DNA of 63,746 bases, filler included, from an uncultured bacterium (GCA_964471275.1; 8 parts of 8 records of this genome joined end to end with filler, not necessarily neighbours in it), one strand, 5' to 3'. Counted from the whole stretch's first letter, positions 1 through 9,589 are shown. Numbers and translations are program-made. Notes: generated by a model not told the origin, from the letters alone.

Positions 1-1455
1 CTGGACCCGGCACTCGAAACGGATGGGGAGTCCTTCAAGGTCGCAGACAACATCTATGATACGCTTATGCGATTCAAGGAGGAATCAACGGCGCTGGAAC
101 CTTCGCTCGCTGCCTCGTGGGCTGTTTCGGACGATCGCTTGACGTGGACGTTCAATCTGCGCCCCGGTATGATGTTTCACGACGGTACCGTTTGTAATGC
201 GGAGGCGGTGGTCTTCTCGCTCGCACGCCAGTTCAAGACCGATCATCCCTTCCACAGGGTCGAGGGCGCGTATCAATACTGGAACAGTATGTCGATGTCC
301 GAGATCGTGAAGGACGTTCGGGCTGTCGGAGATCTGACGGTCGAGATCGAGCTGTTCCGTCCCAATGCACCGTTTCTGTCGAACCTGGCGATGAACTTCT
401 GTGCGATCGTCAGTCCGACCGCGGTAAGGAAGTGGGGTGGCGATTACGCCCGGAATCCCGTGGGAACGGGTCCGTTCAAATTTATACAGTGGATTAAGGA
501 TGATCGCGTCGTGCTCGAGCGTTTTTCAGAACACTGGGCCGGCCCGCCGACGATAAAGCGACTGGTGTTTCAGAGCATCCCGGAGAACTCGGTCCGGCTT
601 ATCGCACTCGGTCAGGGCGCCGTCCACGGGATGGACAACCTCGTTCCCGACTTTGTGTCGAACATCGAATCCAACCCGAGCCTCCAGCTGCTCAAACAGC
701 CGGGCATGAATGTCGGGTATCTGGCGATGAATATGGATAAGCCACCGTTCCATATCATCAAGGTCCGGCGTGCGATCAACCACGCGATCAACAAGCAGGC
801 GATGGTCGACAATCTCTACCAGGGGATGGCTCAGGTCGCCGTGAACCCGATTCCTCCGACGATGTGGAGCTATCACGAGGGCATCGTGGGGTATCATTAC
901 GATCCTGTGCTGGCCAGGCGTCTGCTGGCTGAAGCGGGTTTCCCGAGCGGGTTCAAGACAACGCTGTGGGCGATGCCCGTTCCCCGTCCCTATATGCCGC
1001 AGCCGCTGAAGATTGCACAGGCGATCCAGGCGGATCTTCAGGTGGTCGGTGTCGAGGTGAAAATCGTGACTTTCGAGTGGGGGACGTATCTGGACAAGGT
1101 CCAGCGAGGCCAGCACGATATGGGGCTCCTGGGGTGGACGGGTGACAACGGTGACCCCGATAATTTCCTATATGTATTGCTGGACAAGAGCGCGACGGTG
1201 TTCCCGGCGAACAACATCGCGTTCTACCGGAGCGAAGAACTCCACAAGGTGCTTGTGGATGCGCAGCTCGAGATCGATACGGACGCTCGCACGGAGCTCT
1301 ACCGTCGGGCCCAGGAGATCGTGCATCAGGATGCGCCCTGGGTTCCGCTTGTCCACGCGACACAGACCGCCGCATTCAACAAGCAGGTGACAGGTTTCAA
1401 GCTGCATCCGACGGGCAGCAAGTATTTCCAGAAGGTGCGTTTGAGTCGGAATTGA
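1..1455 (+). CDS. dppA: Dipeptide/oligopeptide ABC transporter substrate-binding protein (family 5), 5'-truncated
   Basis: Frame is open from base 1. Family-5 SBP motifs (LAASWAVSDD..TWTFNLR, PVGTGPFKF, WAMPVPRPY, GWTGDNGDPDNF); followed by two permease genes. Confidence 0.9.
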   Translation: MDPALETDGESFKVADNIYDTLMRFKEESTALEPSLAASWAVSDDRLTWTFNLRPGMMFHDGTVCNAEAVVFSLARQFKTDHPFHRVEGAYQYWNSMSMSEIVKDVRAVGDLTVEIELFRPNAPFLSNLAMNFCAIVSPTAVRKWGGDYARNPVGTGPFKFIQWIKDDRVVLERFSEHWAGPPTIKRLVFQSIPENSVRLIALGQGAVHGMDNLVPDFVSNIESNPSLQLLKQPGMNVGYLAMNMDKPPFHIIKVRRAINHAINKQAMVDNLYQGMAQVAVNPIPPTMWSYHEGIVGYHYDPVLARRLLAEAGFPSGFKTTLWAMPVPRPYMPQPLKIAQAIQADLQVVGVEVKIVTFEWGTYLDKVQRGQHDMGLLGWTGDNGDPDNFLYVLLDKSATVFPANNIAFYRSEELHKVLVDAQLEIDTDARTELYRRAQEIVHQDAPWVPLVHATQTAAFNKQVTGFKLHPTGSKYFQKVRLSRN

Positions 1456-1780
1456 CGAGATCGGGTTTCGGTTTAGGCCACCGATCGCCCTGAGTAGGCA
1501 TAGAGCTGATCAGCAGCCGGGTTTCGATGAAGGGAACTGAGGACTTGCCGTATCGAAGGGTGCTACTGTCAATCCGGATCCATTCTCCCGCCATCCTTCG
1601 ATAAGACGTGTATCGTTCCTGCCGTATCCGGTAATTCGGGATTTGTTTGGCCACGACGTCACTCAGGGAGAACGGTGCCTTGCGACTGCGCAATCGTGAT
1701 CCTTTAACAGATTGAGTTGGCGAAGCGATTCTCCAGGGCGGGCGCAGCATTCGAGCCTGCCCTGTTTCTGTGAGCCACCT

Positions 1781-2800
1781 ATGATCCAGTATCTGATACG
1801 CCGAATCCTGCTGCTGCTGCCGACGCTGCTCGGCATCTCTGTGACCGTCTTTCTGATGGTCCAGATGGTGCCGGGAGATCCTGCACAGGTGATGCTGGGC
1901 GAGCGTGCGACGCCGGAGGGCCTTGAGATTCTTAGGCAGGAGCTAGGGTTGGATCAGCCGCTCTACGTCCAACTGGGTCAGTATCTGAAGGGACTGGCGA
2001 CCGGTGACCTGGGGCGCTCGATCAAGTCTCACACGGCCGTAAGCGACGAGCTGGCAGCCCGTTTTCCGGCGACGTTCGAGCTGACGCTGGTGAGTATGCT
2101 GTTCGCCTGCGTGATCGGGGTGACCGTCGGAGTGCTCTCTGCCGTCAGAAGGGGGACATCGCTTGATGCGATCGGAATGACGGCTTCCCTGGCAGGTGTG
2201 TCGATGCCGATTTTCTGGCTCGGCTTGATTATGATCCTGGCTTTTTCCGTGAACCTGGGCGCTTTTCCTGTTTCCGGTCGGATGAGCGCGTTTACCTATA
2301 TCCCACACCTTACGGGGCTGCTTCTGGTAGACAGCCTCCTCGCAGGTGATCCGAGTGCCTTCTTCGACGCGCTACATCACCTGGTTCTGCCGGGTATTAC
2401 CCTGGGTACGGTTCCTGCCGCCGTGATCGTGCGTATGACGCGGTCGAGTGTGCTGGAGGTCATTCAGGAGGATTATGTGCGAACGGCCTGCGCGAAGGGA
2501 TTGTCCGAGAGGGCGGTGATTGTTCGGCACGCGCTCCGAAACGCAAGCATCCCGGTGCTGACCGTGATCAGCCTTCAGTTCGGGTATCTTCTCGGTGGTG
2601 CCGTCCTGACGGAGACGATCTTTGCCTGGCCCGGGATCGGCCGATGGCTGCTGCTGGCTGTTCACGCAAGAGACTTCCCGGCGATCCAGGGCGGGGTGCT
2701 GGTTGTGGCGTCGACCTTTGTGACGATTAATCTGATCGCGGATTTGCTGTATGCGTGGCTCGATCCCCGGATCAGCTATCAGACGGGGAGCGGGAATTGA
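1781..2800 (+). CDS. dppB: Peptide ABC transporter permease
   Basis: MIQYLIRRILL..PGDPA, RFPATFEL, EAA-loop region DYVRTACAKGL, ETIFAWPGIG. ATG 1781 preferred over the ORF-track start. Confidence 0.9.
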   Translation: MIQYLIRRILLLLPTLLGISVTVFLMVQMVPGDPAQVMLGERATPEGLEILRQELGLDQPLYVQLGQYLKGLATGDLGRSIKSHTAVSDELAARFPATFELTLVSMLFACVIGVTVGVLSAVRRGTSLDAIGMTASLAGVSMPIFWLGLIMILAFSVNLGAFPVSGRMSAFTYIPHLTGLLLVDSLLAGDPSAFFDALHHLVLPGITLGTVPAAVIVRMTRSSVLEVIQEDYVRTACAKGLSERAVIVRHALRNASIPVLTVISLQFGYLLGGAVLTETIFAWPGIGRWLLLAVHARDFPAIQGGVLVVASTFVTINLIADLLYAWLDPRISYQTGSGN

Positions 2801-3699
2801 GCGACGCAGCAGTCGATATCAGGGACCTGGAAATGTCTGAGCCCCTTGGATGGGGGCAGCTGGTGTGGCGTCGATTCAAGTCCAATCGAGCTGCTGTCGT
2901 GGGTGCCGCGTTTATGGCCCTGTTCCTGGCGCTGGCGGCCTTTGCCCCGCTGGCGGCGCCGTATGATCCGATCGTGCAGGATCTCTACAACCGGTTGGCG
3001 GCGCCGAGCTTCGACCACCCGTTCGGGACAGATGATTTTGGTCGGGATATCCTGAGCCGCGTGATCTATGGGACACGGATTTCGCTGCGGATCGGGGTTG
3101 TCTGCGTCTTGATCGCTCTGGTCGCGGGTACGGCGATCGGTCTGGTGGCTGGCTACTATGGGGGCGTGATCGACCAGATTCTGATGCGCCTGATGGACCT
3201 GGTGCTGGCCTTTCCCAGCATCCTGCTCGCAATCGGGATCGTCGCCGTCCTGGGGCCGGGGTTGGAGAACGCGATGATTGCCATCGGTGTCGTGGCCATT
3301 CCCCAGTATGCGCGCCTGATCCAGGCATCGACGCTGACGGTTCGGGAATCCGATTACGTGCAGGCACTGCGCGCCCTGGGGGCCAAAGATCTGCGTATCC
3401 TGGGGACGGCCATTCTACCCAATTGTATGGCACCGTTGATCGTTCAAGCCACGCTGAGTCTGGCCACAGCGATCCTGGATGCAGCCGGGCTGAGTTTTCT
3501 CGGTCTGGGCGCACAGCCACCGACCCCAGAGTGGGGGGCGATGCTGAGTGGTGGTCGCGAATTGATCCTGAGTGCGCCCTGGGTCCTGACGTACCCCGGT
3601 ATCGCGATCTTTATCACGGTTCTCGCCTTCAACCTCCTGGGCGACGGATTGCGAGACGCTTTCGACCCGAGGACGGCCACAACTCGATCGGATCGTTGA
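2797..3699 (+). CDS. dppC: Peptide ABC transporter permease
   Basis: HPFGTDDFGRDILSR, AFPSILLA, LSFLGLGAQPPTPEWG, FNLLGDGLRDAFDPR. Start is TTG 2797 (overlapping the dppB stop) or ATG 2833. Confidence 0.9.
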   Translation: MSDAAVDIRDLEMSEPLGWGQLVWRRFKSNRAAVVGAAFMALFLALAAFAPLAAPYDPIVQDLYNRLAAPSFDHPFGTDDFGRDILSRVIYGTRISLRIGVVCVLIALVAGTAIGLVAGYYGGVIDQILMRLMDLVLAFPSILLAIGIVAVLGPGLENAMIAIGVVAIPQYARLIQASTLTVRESDYVQALRALGAKDLRILGTAILPNCMAPLIVQATLSLATAILDAAGLSFLGLGAQPPTPEWGAMLSGGRELILSAPWVLTYPGIAIFITVLAFNLLGDGLRDAFDPRTATTRSDR

Positions 3700-3724
3700 C
3701 TTCAGGAATTGGCTAAACTATATT
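3696..3724 (+). promoter_or_regulatory. Sigma70-type promoter
   Basis: TTGACT (3696-3701), 17 nt spacer, TATATT (3719-3724). Confidence 0.7.
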
Positions 3725-3751
3725 GGGCGTACACAGAAAGGAGGTGGTCGG

Positions 3752-3787
3752 ATGATAGATCAGACTAGTGGAGGTGGCTGTAGTTAG
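3752..3787 (+). CDS. Micro-ORF MIDQTSGGGCS (11 aa)
   Basis: SD AAAGGAGGTG (3737-3746) ends 5 nt before ATG 3752; TAG at 3785-3787. Confidence 0.45.
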   Translation: MIDQTSGGGCS

Positions 3788-3921
3788 GTGCGCGAGCCAG
3801 GCGCGGGGAATCATCTCGCAAGGTTAGTGCACCTGGCAATCTCACTCAGCTACCGAACGGTACGTGATCTGCCAATTTGACGGCCACCGGTCGTGAGGCA
3901 GGAACAACCGTAGAGCTTCAG

Positions 3922-3980
3922 AAGCGCCGCACCGGAGATGCCCCGGAAACGGGAACCCGTCGTGCGGCGCTTTCTTTTTT
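3922..3980 (+). terminator. Intrinsic terminator-like stem with U-tract
   Basis: AAGCGCCGCAC (3922-3932) pairs with GTGCGGCGCTT (3962-3972), enclosing CCCG-GAAA-CGGG; followed by TCTTTTTT. Confidence 0.75.
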
Positions 3981-4616
3981 GGGTTTTCCCGCGAGTGTTG
4001 GGAAGATACTTCGTATTATTCGGGGTTGCTTCTGCCCCACCCCCGGTTTCGCCGATCCGCGTCGGCGAGGCACTTTTGACTGCGCCTCAAAAGTGCCCTA
4101 AAACGCGCTAGCTCAAGGGCCGCGAGGGGCAACCCTGGCAGCTAACCTCGATTAACATCAAAGAGATCACCGTAGGCCGGACGTCCACCCAATCCCAGTA
4201 CCCCTGAGAGCGCCACACCCCTTCCACATGTTCCACACGTCCCCGCCTCACCACCACACTCTCGGACGGGTCCCGCCCCCTTGGGTGGCACAGACTCGTC
4301 CGCTACAGACGCCCCCGCAACACCAGGGCATCTCTCAGCCGCAATGCGCTGCTGAATCTGCGCCGCACCAGGCTGCCTGATAACGGCTTTTAATGGTCGT
4401 TGGCCACTGAAGGATGAGACCTGTAAGGTAGGTGGCTTCCCAAGAATCCCAGGTGAGTCTTTTTCTTTCTGCGTAGATCCCCTCTGTCCGGCCGTGATCA
4501 CCAGCATTTCACTCTTGACTTGGGCCTGTCAGGTACCAATACTTGAATCGTAACCACCTAATTTTATTGAAGCTGCATATCCTTTTGTAACTGTAGAATT
4601 CTCCGGGAGCATTCCG

Positions 4617-5822
4617 ATGACCAGTCTCCATTTTGACATTCGCGACCTGTTTCGTGTCATTCGCCTCGGATGGTCGGGCAAGAAGATCTGGGCAGGCCTC
4701 TGCGGGCTGCTTGCGGCCTACATCGTCTACATCGGTCTTGTTTGTGTCGGTTATCTGATGTCCGGTATGTCGGGGAGTGAACTCTGGCAGGCCTACGGTC
4801 TGTTTCCCGGCGCCGCACCTGCGAAGGTCGGTGGGCTGGCGGCCGTGCTGCACCTTCTCGCGATGGTGATCGCGGCTATTATCTTCTTTATGACGACGAG
4901 TATGATGTGCAAGGTGACCTATCAGCAGCTGCGAGGGGATGATTTCTACACATCCGGTGAGGCGTTGGCTTTTGTGAAACAGCACTGGGGAGGTGTGGTC
5001 TTCGGCCCTGTTACCTGCGTCGCACTGTTCCTGGTGTTCCTTGTGAGCGGTATCGTGATCGGCTGGCTGGCTGGTGTGATCCCGGTGGTCGGTGAACTTG
5101 TTTTTGCAATCGGGTTTATCCCGATCTTCTTTGCATCGCTCGTTGCGGTCTTTACCGTTTTCGCGATCATCGCCGCGCTGATTATGTCACCGGCCATCGT
5201 CGGGACGGTCGGGGAAGACGCCCTCGAGGTGGTTATCCAGTCGTTCTCGATCTGCTGGAGTCAGCCTTGGCGCACAGCGGTTTATCTGGCGTGGGTCGTC
5301 GTGTCCGTCTTTATCGGGACGACGCTGTTGAGCGGGCTGATGACACTCTCGTTCGGCCTGATCGGTTGGGCCGCCGGGATGTTTATGGACGATAAGCTTG
5401 TCGGGATGCTTCAGGTTGCGCAGGTCTACCTGCCGCCGATTGATTTCAGCAGTCCGGCCATGTATGCATACCCGGAAATGACGACGGTCTGGTCTGACCT
5501 CGCTGAAACGCAGCCGGGCGGTTCTGTCGTCTGGTCGGGTCGGATCCTCGCTGTTATGCTGATTGTGTTGACGGGGGTGCTGATGGCCTACGCACAGGCA
5601 GCCTTCGCGAGCGGGACCAGCCTGATCTATGTGATTCTGCGTAAGAAGAAGGACGACGAAAATATGCTGGAGTGGGAAGACCCCGATTTTGACAACTTCG
5701 ATTTCGAAGAGAAGGAAGGGGACGGTGATTCAGGTGAATCTGATGAATCGAGCGATGCAGACGACTCGGGTTCGGAAGGTGGCGATGATGAGAGTGACAA
5801 GCCAGCGGCAAGCGAGTCCTGA
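4617..5822 (+). CDS. Multi-pass membrane protein with acidic C-terminal tail, function unknown
   Basis: 401-aa ORF with several hydrophobic segments and a D/E/S-rich tail; stop overlaps the next ATG (TGATG). Confidence 0.8.
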   Translation: MTSLHFDIRDLFRVIRLGWSGKKIWAGLCGLLAAYIVYIGLVCVGYLMSGMSGSELWQAYGLFPGAAPAKVGGLAAVLHLLAMVIAAIIFFMTTSMMCKVTYQQLRGDDFYTSGEALAFVKQHWGGVVFGPVTCVALFLVFLVSGIVIGWLAGVIPVVGELVFAIGFIPIFFASLVAVFTVFAIIAALIMSPAIVGTVGEDALEVVIQSFSICWSQPWRTAVYLAWVVVSVFIGTTLLSGLMTLSFGLIGWAAGMFMDDKLVGMLQVAQVYLPPIDFSSPAMYAYPEMTTVWSDLAETQPGGSVVWSGRILAVMLIVLTGVLMAYAQAAFASGTSLIYVILRKKKDDENMLEWEDPDFDNFDFEEKEGDGDSGESDESSDADDSGSEGGDDESDKPAASES

Positions 5823-6832
5823 TGGCTGAGGCCTCCGATCTCCTGGAGGAGCTTGCCGCTGCGACACGTCTGCACGAAGGTTCCGAAGGTGTTCGCAAGA
5901 TTCTCAGGTCTGTTTTTAGAACGGGTCCCGTGCCGATTCGCGATTTGGCACGGGACCTTGGTATTCCTGTCCCGGTCGTTGCCGCCGTAAGAGGCGAGCT
6001 GGAGAAGCGAAAGCTCGCGGTCCGGGAATCGGGCGTGATGCTGACGGAGCAGGGCGTCAAGGCCCTCGCCGGTGCATCTGGGATTGCCTGTCGGGCCCGT
6101 TTCGAGATCACTTCGGTTCTGGATCTGCCGGAGTCGGTGCTGCCGCTGGTTTCACGTTTTGCGGAACTTGCGGAGGGTCGACCCGGCGCAGACGTGAGTC
6201 TGGACCAATCCCACGCTACGGCTGAAACCGCGATTCGGCGGGCGCTCTACCTATACGAGAACGATGCAGTCGAGGGCCGCTCGCTGGTGTTCCTTGGGGA
6301 TGACGATCTGACTTCGATCGCGGTCGGGCTGGTCTCCGAATTTCTGAATGTGCGTCCTCGCCGGCTCACGGTTCTGGAGGTAGATGATCGATTATTGTCC
6401 TTCCTGTCCGAGACATCTGGACAGCCCTGTCCGATCGATCCGGTTCAGCACGATCTCCGTCAACCGATTCCTGCTGAGCTGGCCGATCAATTCGATGTGT
6501 TCTTCACCGATCCGCCGTACACAATCCCGGGGCTGCGGTTATTTGTCGAGCGGGGCATCCGCGCATTGCGGCCGGAAGTCGGAAAGCTTGGCTTTGTCAG
6601 TTTTGGTCGCAAGAGCCCGGCTGAATCCGTGGAAATCGGGCGGGCCCTGTCCGACCTGGGGCTGGCGTCCGTCGAGGTCGTCCCTGATTTCAACCGATAC
6701 GATGGCGCTCAGCTGCTGGCAGGGACCAGCCAGATGATCCGGACGGTGTTCGGTGGGCAGGAAGCGGGAGCCAACGAGGCCTACGAGGGACTGCTCTACA
6801 CCAGAGATGCGCGCAGGAAACCCCGTGGATGA
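5822..6832 (+). CDS. BpsA-like (N4-bis(aminopropyl)spermidine synthase / DUF43 family) SAM-fold protein with N-terminal wHTH-like region
   Basis: Motifs LDQSHATAETAIRRA, FLGDDDLTSIA and FDVFFTDPPYT resemble the BpsA family GDDD and DPP signatures. Confidence 0.75.
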   Translation: MAEASDLLEELAAATRLHEGSEGVRKILRSVFRTGPVPIRDLARDLGIPVPVVAAVRGELEKRKLAVRESGVMLTEQGVKALAGASGIACRARFEITSVLDLPESVLPLVSRFAELAEGRPGADVSLDQSHATAETAIRRALYLYENDAVEGRSLVFLGDDDLTSIAVGLVSEFLNVRPRRLTVLEVDDRLLSFLSETSGQPCPIDPVQHDLRQPIPAELADQFDVFFTDPPYTIPGLRLFVERGIRALRPEVGKLGFVSFGRKSPAESVEIGRALSDLGLASVEVVPDFNRYDGAQLLAGTSQMIRTVFGGQEAGANEAYEGLLYTRDARRKPRG

Positions 6833-7721
6833 TCTGCCTGGAGATTTTCACGAAATCTCGCCCGCCGATACGAATGCACTTTTTCATACGTTCGACCGTG
6901 CAGGGAAACGGGCCTGGTGTTACTACGCGCCCTTCCTGACATGCTATCATCTGCCACCCGGAAGATGCGTCCTGGTCGGCAGGTATGAAGACGCACAGTT
7001 TCTGCTCGCAAGGACTGACCGCAAGCAGACGATCTACAACCTCATCGTTCCACCGATCCCCTTTGATACACAGGCAGCGGTCGGCTTGATGGATACGCTG
7101 CAGGAGAGCACGGGCGTGATGCCGCGAGTCCTGTGGGCGGATGCGGAGGATGCCGAGCTGGCGACACGAGTCGGCTTCACGGCAGAGGAGAAGGAGCAGG
7201 AGTATTACTACGATCCCGGCCTCGTGGCGGCTTTGGAGGGATCGGGCTACAAGGAATTGCGCAAACGGATCCGAAGAACGGAGCGACGATACAGCCCTGA
7301 GTTCCGGGAAATGATCAGCGACGACATCCCGGATTGCCACGTGTTGCTGAAGCAGTGGAGACGTCTGCAGGGGCGAAAACATTCATTCCTGCTGGACTGG
7401 GGGTATACGCATGCGGCTCTGGATCGGTTTGGGGATTGGGACGTACAAGATCTGGTCGGGTGGTGCATACACGTCGAAGGCAGGTTGTCCGCTTTCGCTA
7501 TGGCTGGCCGAATGGCCTCAGATCAGGCATGTTTCTTTGTCGCAAAGTCGGACCCTGAACTGCCGGGCATATCGGATTTTCTGAGACACCGCGTCTACAC
7601 CGCGCTCGCAGGATATCGTCGCGTCAACGACGCGGGCGATCTCGACCTGCCCGGATTGCGACAACATAAACGAAGATTCAGACCTGTCGAAATGCAGCCG
7701 GTCTATTCACTGCAAAGGTAG
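6825..7721 (+). CDS. DUF2156 / aminoacyl-phosphatidylglycerol synthase C-terminal-like (GNAT-fold) protein
   Basis: EYYYD..LVAALEGSGYKELRKRIRR and C-terminal VAKSD..G...VNDAGDLDLPGLRQHKRRFRP resemble the DUF2156 pattern; GTG 6825 overlaps the upstream stop. Confidence 0.7.
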   Translation: MDDLPGDFHEISPADTNALFHTFDRAGKRAWCYYAPFLTCYHLPPGRCVLVGRYEDAQFLLARTDRKQTIYNLIVPPIPFDTQAAVGLMDTLQESTGVMPRVLWADAEDAELATRVGFTAEEKEQEYYYDPGLVAALEGSGYKELRKRIRRTERRYSPEFREMISDDIPDCHVLLKQWRRLQGRKHSFLLDWGYTHAALDRFGDWDVQDLVGWCIHVEGRLSAFAMAGRMASDQACFFVAKSDPELPGISDFLRHRVYTALAGYRRVNDAGDLDLPGLRQHKRRFRPVEMQPVYSLQR

Positions 7722-7734
7722 CCCTGGGGGAGTT

Positions 7735-8025
7735 ATGAGGCGTTTCGCAATCCTGATGGTCTTGTTGGTGGTGCCCACACTCTGGTCGTGCACCAAGACA
7801 TATACGTATCAGAGCTACGAGGTGGTCAGGACATTTGACGACGTCAACCCCGGCGAGGACGTGAAGCTGGTGAAGCGAGATGGTGAGCTGATTCACGGCA
7901 CCGTCGTGCAGGTGGATGGAGAAGTATTAACTGTGGCGACGTTCGATAAGGGGCGAAAGAGGGTGGCGTGGGGGGAAGTCCGGGTTGCGGAGCGTGTGAG
8001 GACGGCGGTCGTTGTGGTACCTTAA
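7735..8025 (+). CDS. Small putative lipoprotein
   Basis: MRR + hydrophobic stretch + LWSC lipobox-like motif; GGGGGAG SD. Confidence 0.65.
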   Translation: MRRFAILMVLLVVPTLWSCTKTYTYQSYEVVRTFDDVNPGEDVKLVKRDGELIHGTVVQVDGEVLTVATFDKGRKRVAWGEVRVAERVRTAVVVVP

Positions 8026-8056
8026 GGATGCAGAGGGCAAAGACATATTGGCCCCC

Positions 8057-8156
8057 NNNNNNNNNNNNNNNNNNNNNNNNNNNNNNNNNNNNNNNNNNNN
8101 TTAATTAATTAANNNNNNNNNNNNNNNNNNNNNNNNNNNNNNNNNNNNNNNNNNNN
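8057..8156. other. Artificial contig linker
   Basis: N-run/TTAATTAATTAA/N-run, 100 nt. Confidence 0.99.
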
Positions 8157-8668
8157 TCACCAGATACACAGGCCTGAGGTCCGAACGCTGAAAGCTGGTC
8201 ATATCGATCGGCCAAGCTTGGTTCGGACGACGGAGAAGACTGATCGCAGGGCCAGGATCACGCACACAGCGACCTACACTCGATACGAGGCTCTGAGAAA
8301 ACAATTGCCAGACGCCCAATACTCAGACCTGTTGATCGACGCTACTCGCACACAGCCTTCAACCGCCTCGTGGTTTTTTTTAGCGTATGAATAGCGAGGG
8401 CCTGGGCATCGGGTTTACCGGTCGGACGTCCCATTCCCGGACGAAGAAGATCGGGAGCCCGATCCTTCAACTTATACGCATACGTCGGACTTGTGTCCCG
8501 CTTACGGCGTATCTCTGAATGCGATAGTATTCCTGAAACGAACTCTACCGTTATTTCACACTTCTGTTCTTCAGTGAAACTCGGATCTTGTGCCAAGGAC
8601 ACCCATTTATGATTACAACACTATAGGAGGTCTCACTCATTCAAGGGCCAATATCCCTGCCCCCTGCG
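8157..8668 (-). mobile_element. Degraded IS3-family element (OrfA HTH plus start of integrase core)
   Basis: 8342-8602 encodes FTEEQKCEITVEF..., an HTH-like OrfA; downstream RPNQAWPIDMTSF matches the start of an rve core. The end at 8645-8668 resembles 8029-8054 in inverted orientation. Confidence 0.65.
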
Positions 8669-8728
8669 CCCTTTACCCTAAATAAGTATATTATCGATTC
8701 GCATTCAGAGGAGACGAAGGGTAATGAA

Positions 8729-9589
8729 ATGAGAATAGCAGTCACCGGAAGCAGCGGCCGAATCGGTAGGTGTGTCTACCACAATCTTGTCAGCGCAGGA
8801 CACGAGGTCTTAGGTGTGGATATCCTGCCAGCCAGACCGGATGTGAAGCGGTCGTTACGCGTCGATCTGACGAAGTCGGGAGAGATCTACGGTGCGCTCG
8901 GTCAGTTCAAAGCTGATGCTGTCGTGCACATGGGGGCGTGGGCGAACCCTGGGCACGTGCCAGATCAGGATACCTACCGGGACAATACGACGAGCACGTT
9001 CAATCTGTTTCAGGCCTGCGCCGATCTCGGCATCAAGCGGGTCGTGTCGGCATCAAGCGCACAGGTTTACGGTTTTCGCGATCACGCACCCAAGTATGCA
9101 CGGATAGATGAATCGCACGTCCTTCATCCGCTCAACTGCTACGCAGAGTCAAAGATCGCAGGCGAGAGCGCGGCCGAGTACTTCTCGGACAACTTCGGTC
9201 TGGAGATCGGATCCTTCCGGTTTATGGGCGTCAGGCTTCCTTCGCAGATTCGTGCCGATATCGAGAACATGAAGAAGGATCCAGCCTCAGGGCGTTGGCT
9301 GATGTGGACACGGACGGATGCCCGGGATGCAGCTGAGGCGTGCCGGCTTGCCGTGGAGGTCGAGCAATTAGCGGCCGGACCGTACAACATCACGGGTGCC
9401 CGAGTGATGCTGAACACAGATGCGCGGGAATTAATCGCGACTCATTTCGGAACAGATGTCGCCATTCGGGATGACCAGGACGATACGTTGTCACCGGTGA
9501 GTTGTGAACGTGCAAGTAAAGTATTCGGCTACGCGCCACAGTATGTGTGGACCGAGACCCACACACACGAGATGGATTCAAACCCTTGA
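8729..9589 (+). CDS. NAD-dependent epimerase/dehydratase (extended SDR)
   Basis: VTGSSGRIG, SASSAQVYG, YAESK (YxxxK). Confidence 0.9.
   Translation: MRIAVTGSSGRIGRCVYHNLVSAGHEVLGVDILPARPDVKRSLRVDLTKSGEIYGALGQFKADAVVHMGAWANPGHVPDQDTYRDNTTSTFNLFQACADLGIKRVVSASSAQVYGFRDHAPKYARIDESHVLHPLNCYAESKIAGESAAEYFSDNFGLEIGSFRFMGVRLPSQIRADIENMKKDPASGRWLMWTRTDARDAAEACRLAVEVEQLAAGPYNITGARVMLNTDARELIATHFGTDVAIRDDQDDTLSPVSCERASKVFGYAPQYVWTETHTHEMDSNP

Larger units (their letters stand above)
3731..3980 (+). ncRNA. Candidate structured small RNA / dual-function transcript, family unknown
   Basis: Bounded by a promoter and a terminator; several hairpins, some with GNRA loops; no long ORF. Confidence 0.55.

Noticed and set aside
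1456..1780. 325-nt dppA-dppB spacer with inverted repeat TATCGAAGGGTG/CATCCTTCGATA (1551-1603)
   Set aside because: A single stem with a large loop and no other support; stabilising hairpins after SBP genes are common.
4142..4507. Minus-strand ORF with ECGGEAGTCGTCG, superficially like a Cys-rich RiPP precursor
   Set aside because: No SD, compositionally skewed sequence and no maturase nearby; probably spurious or a decayed gene.
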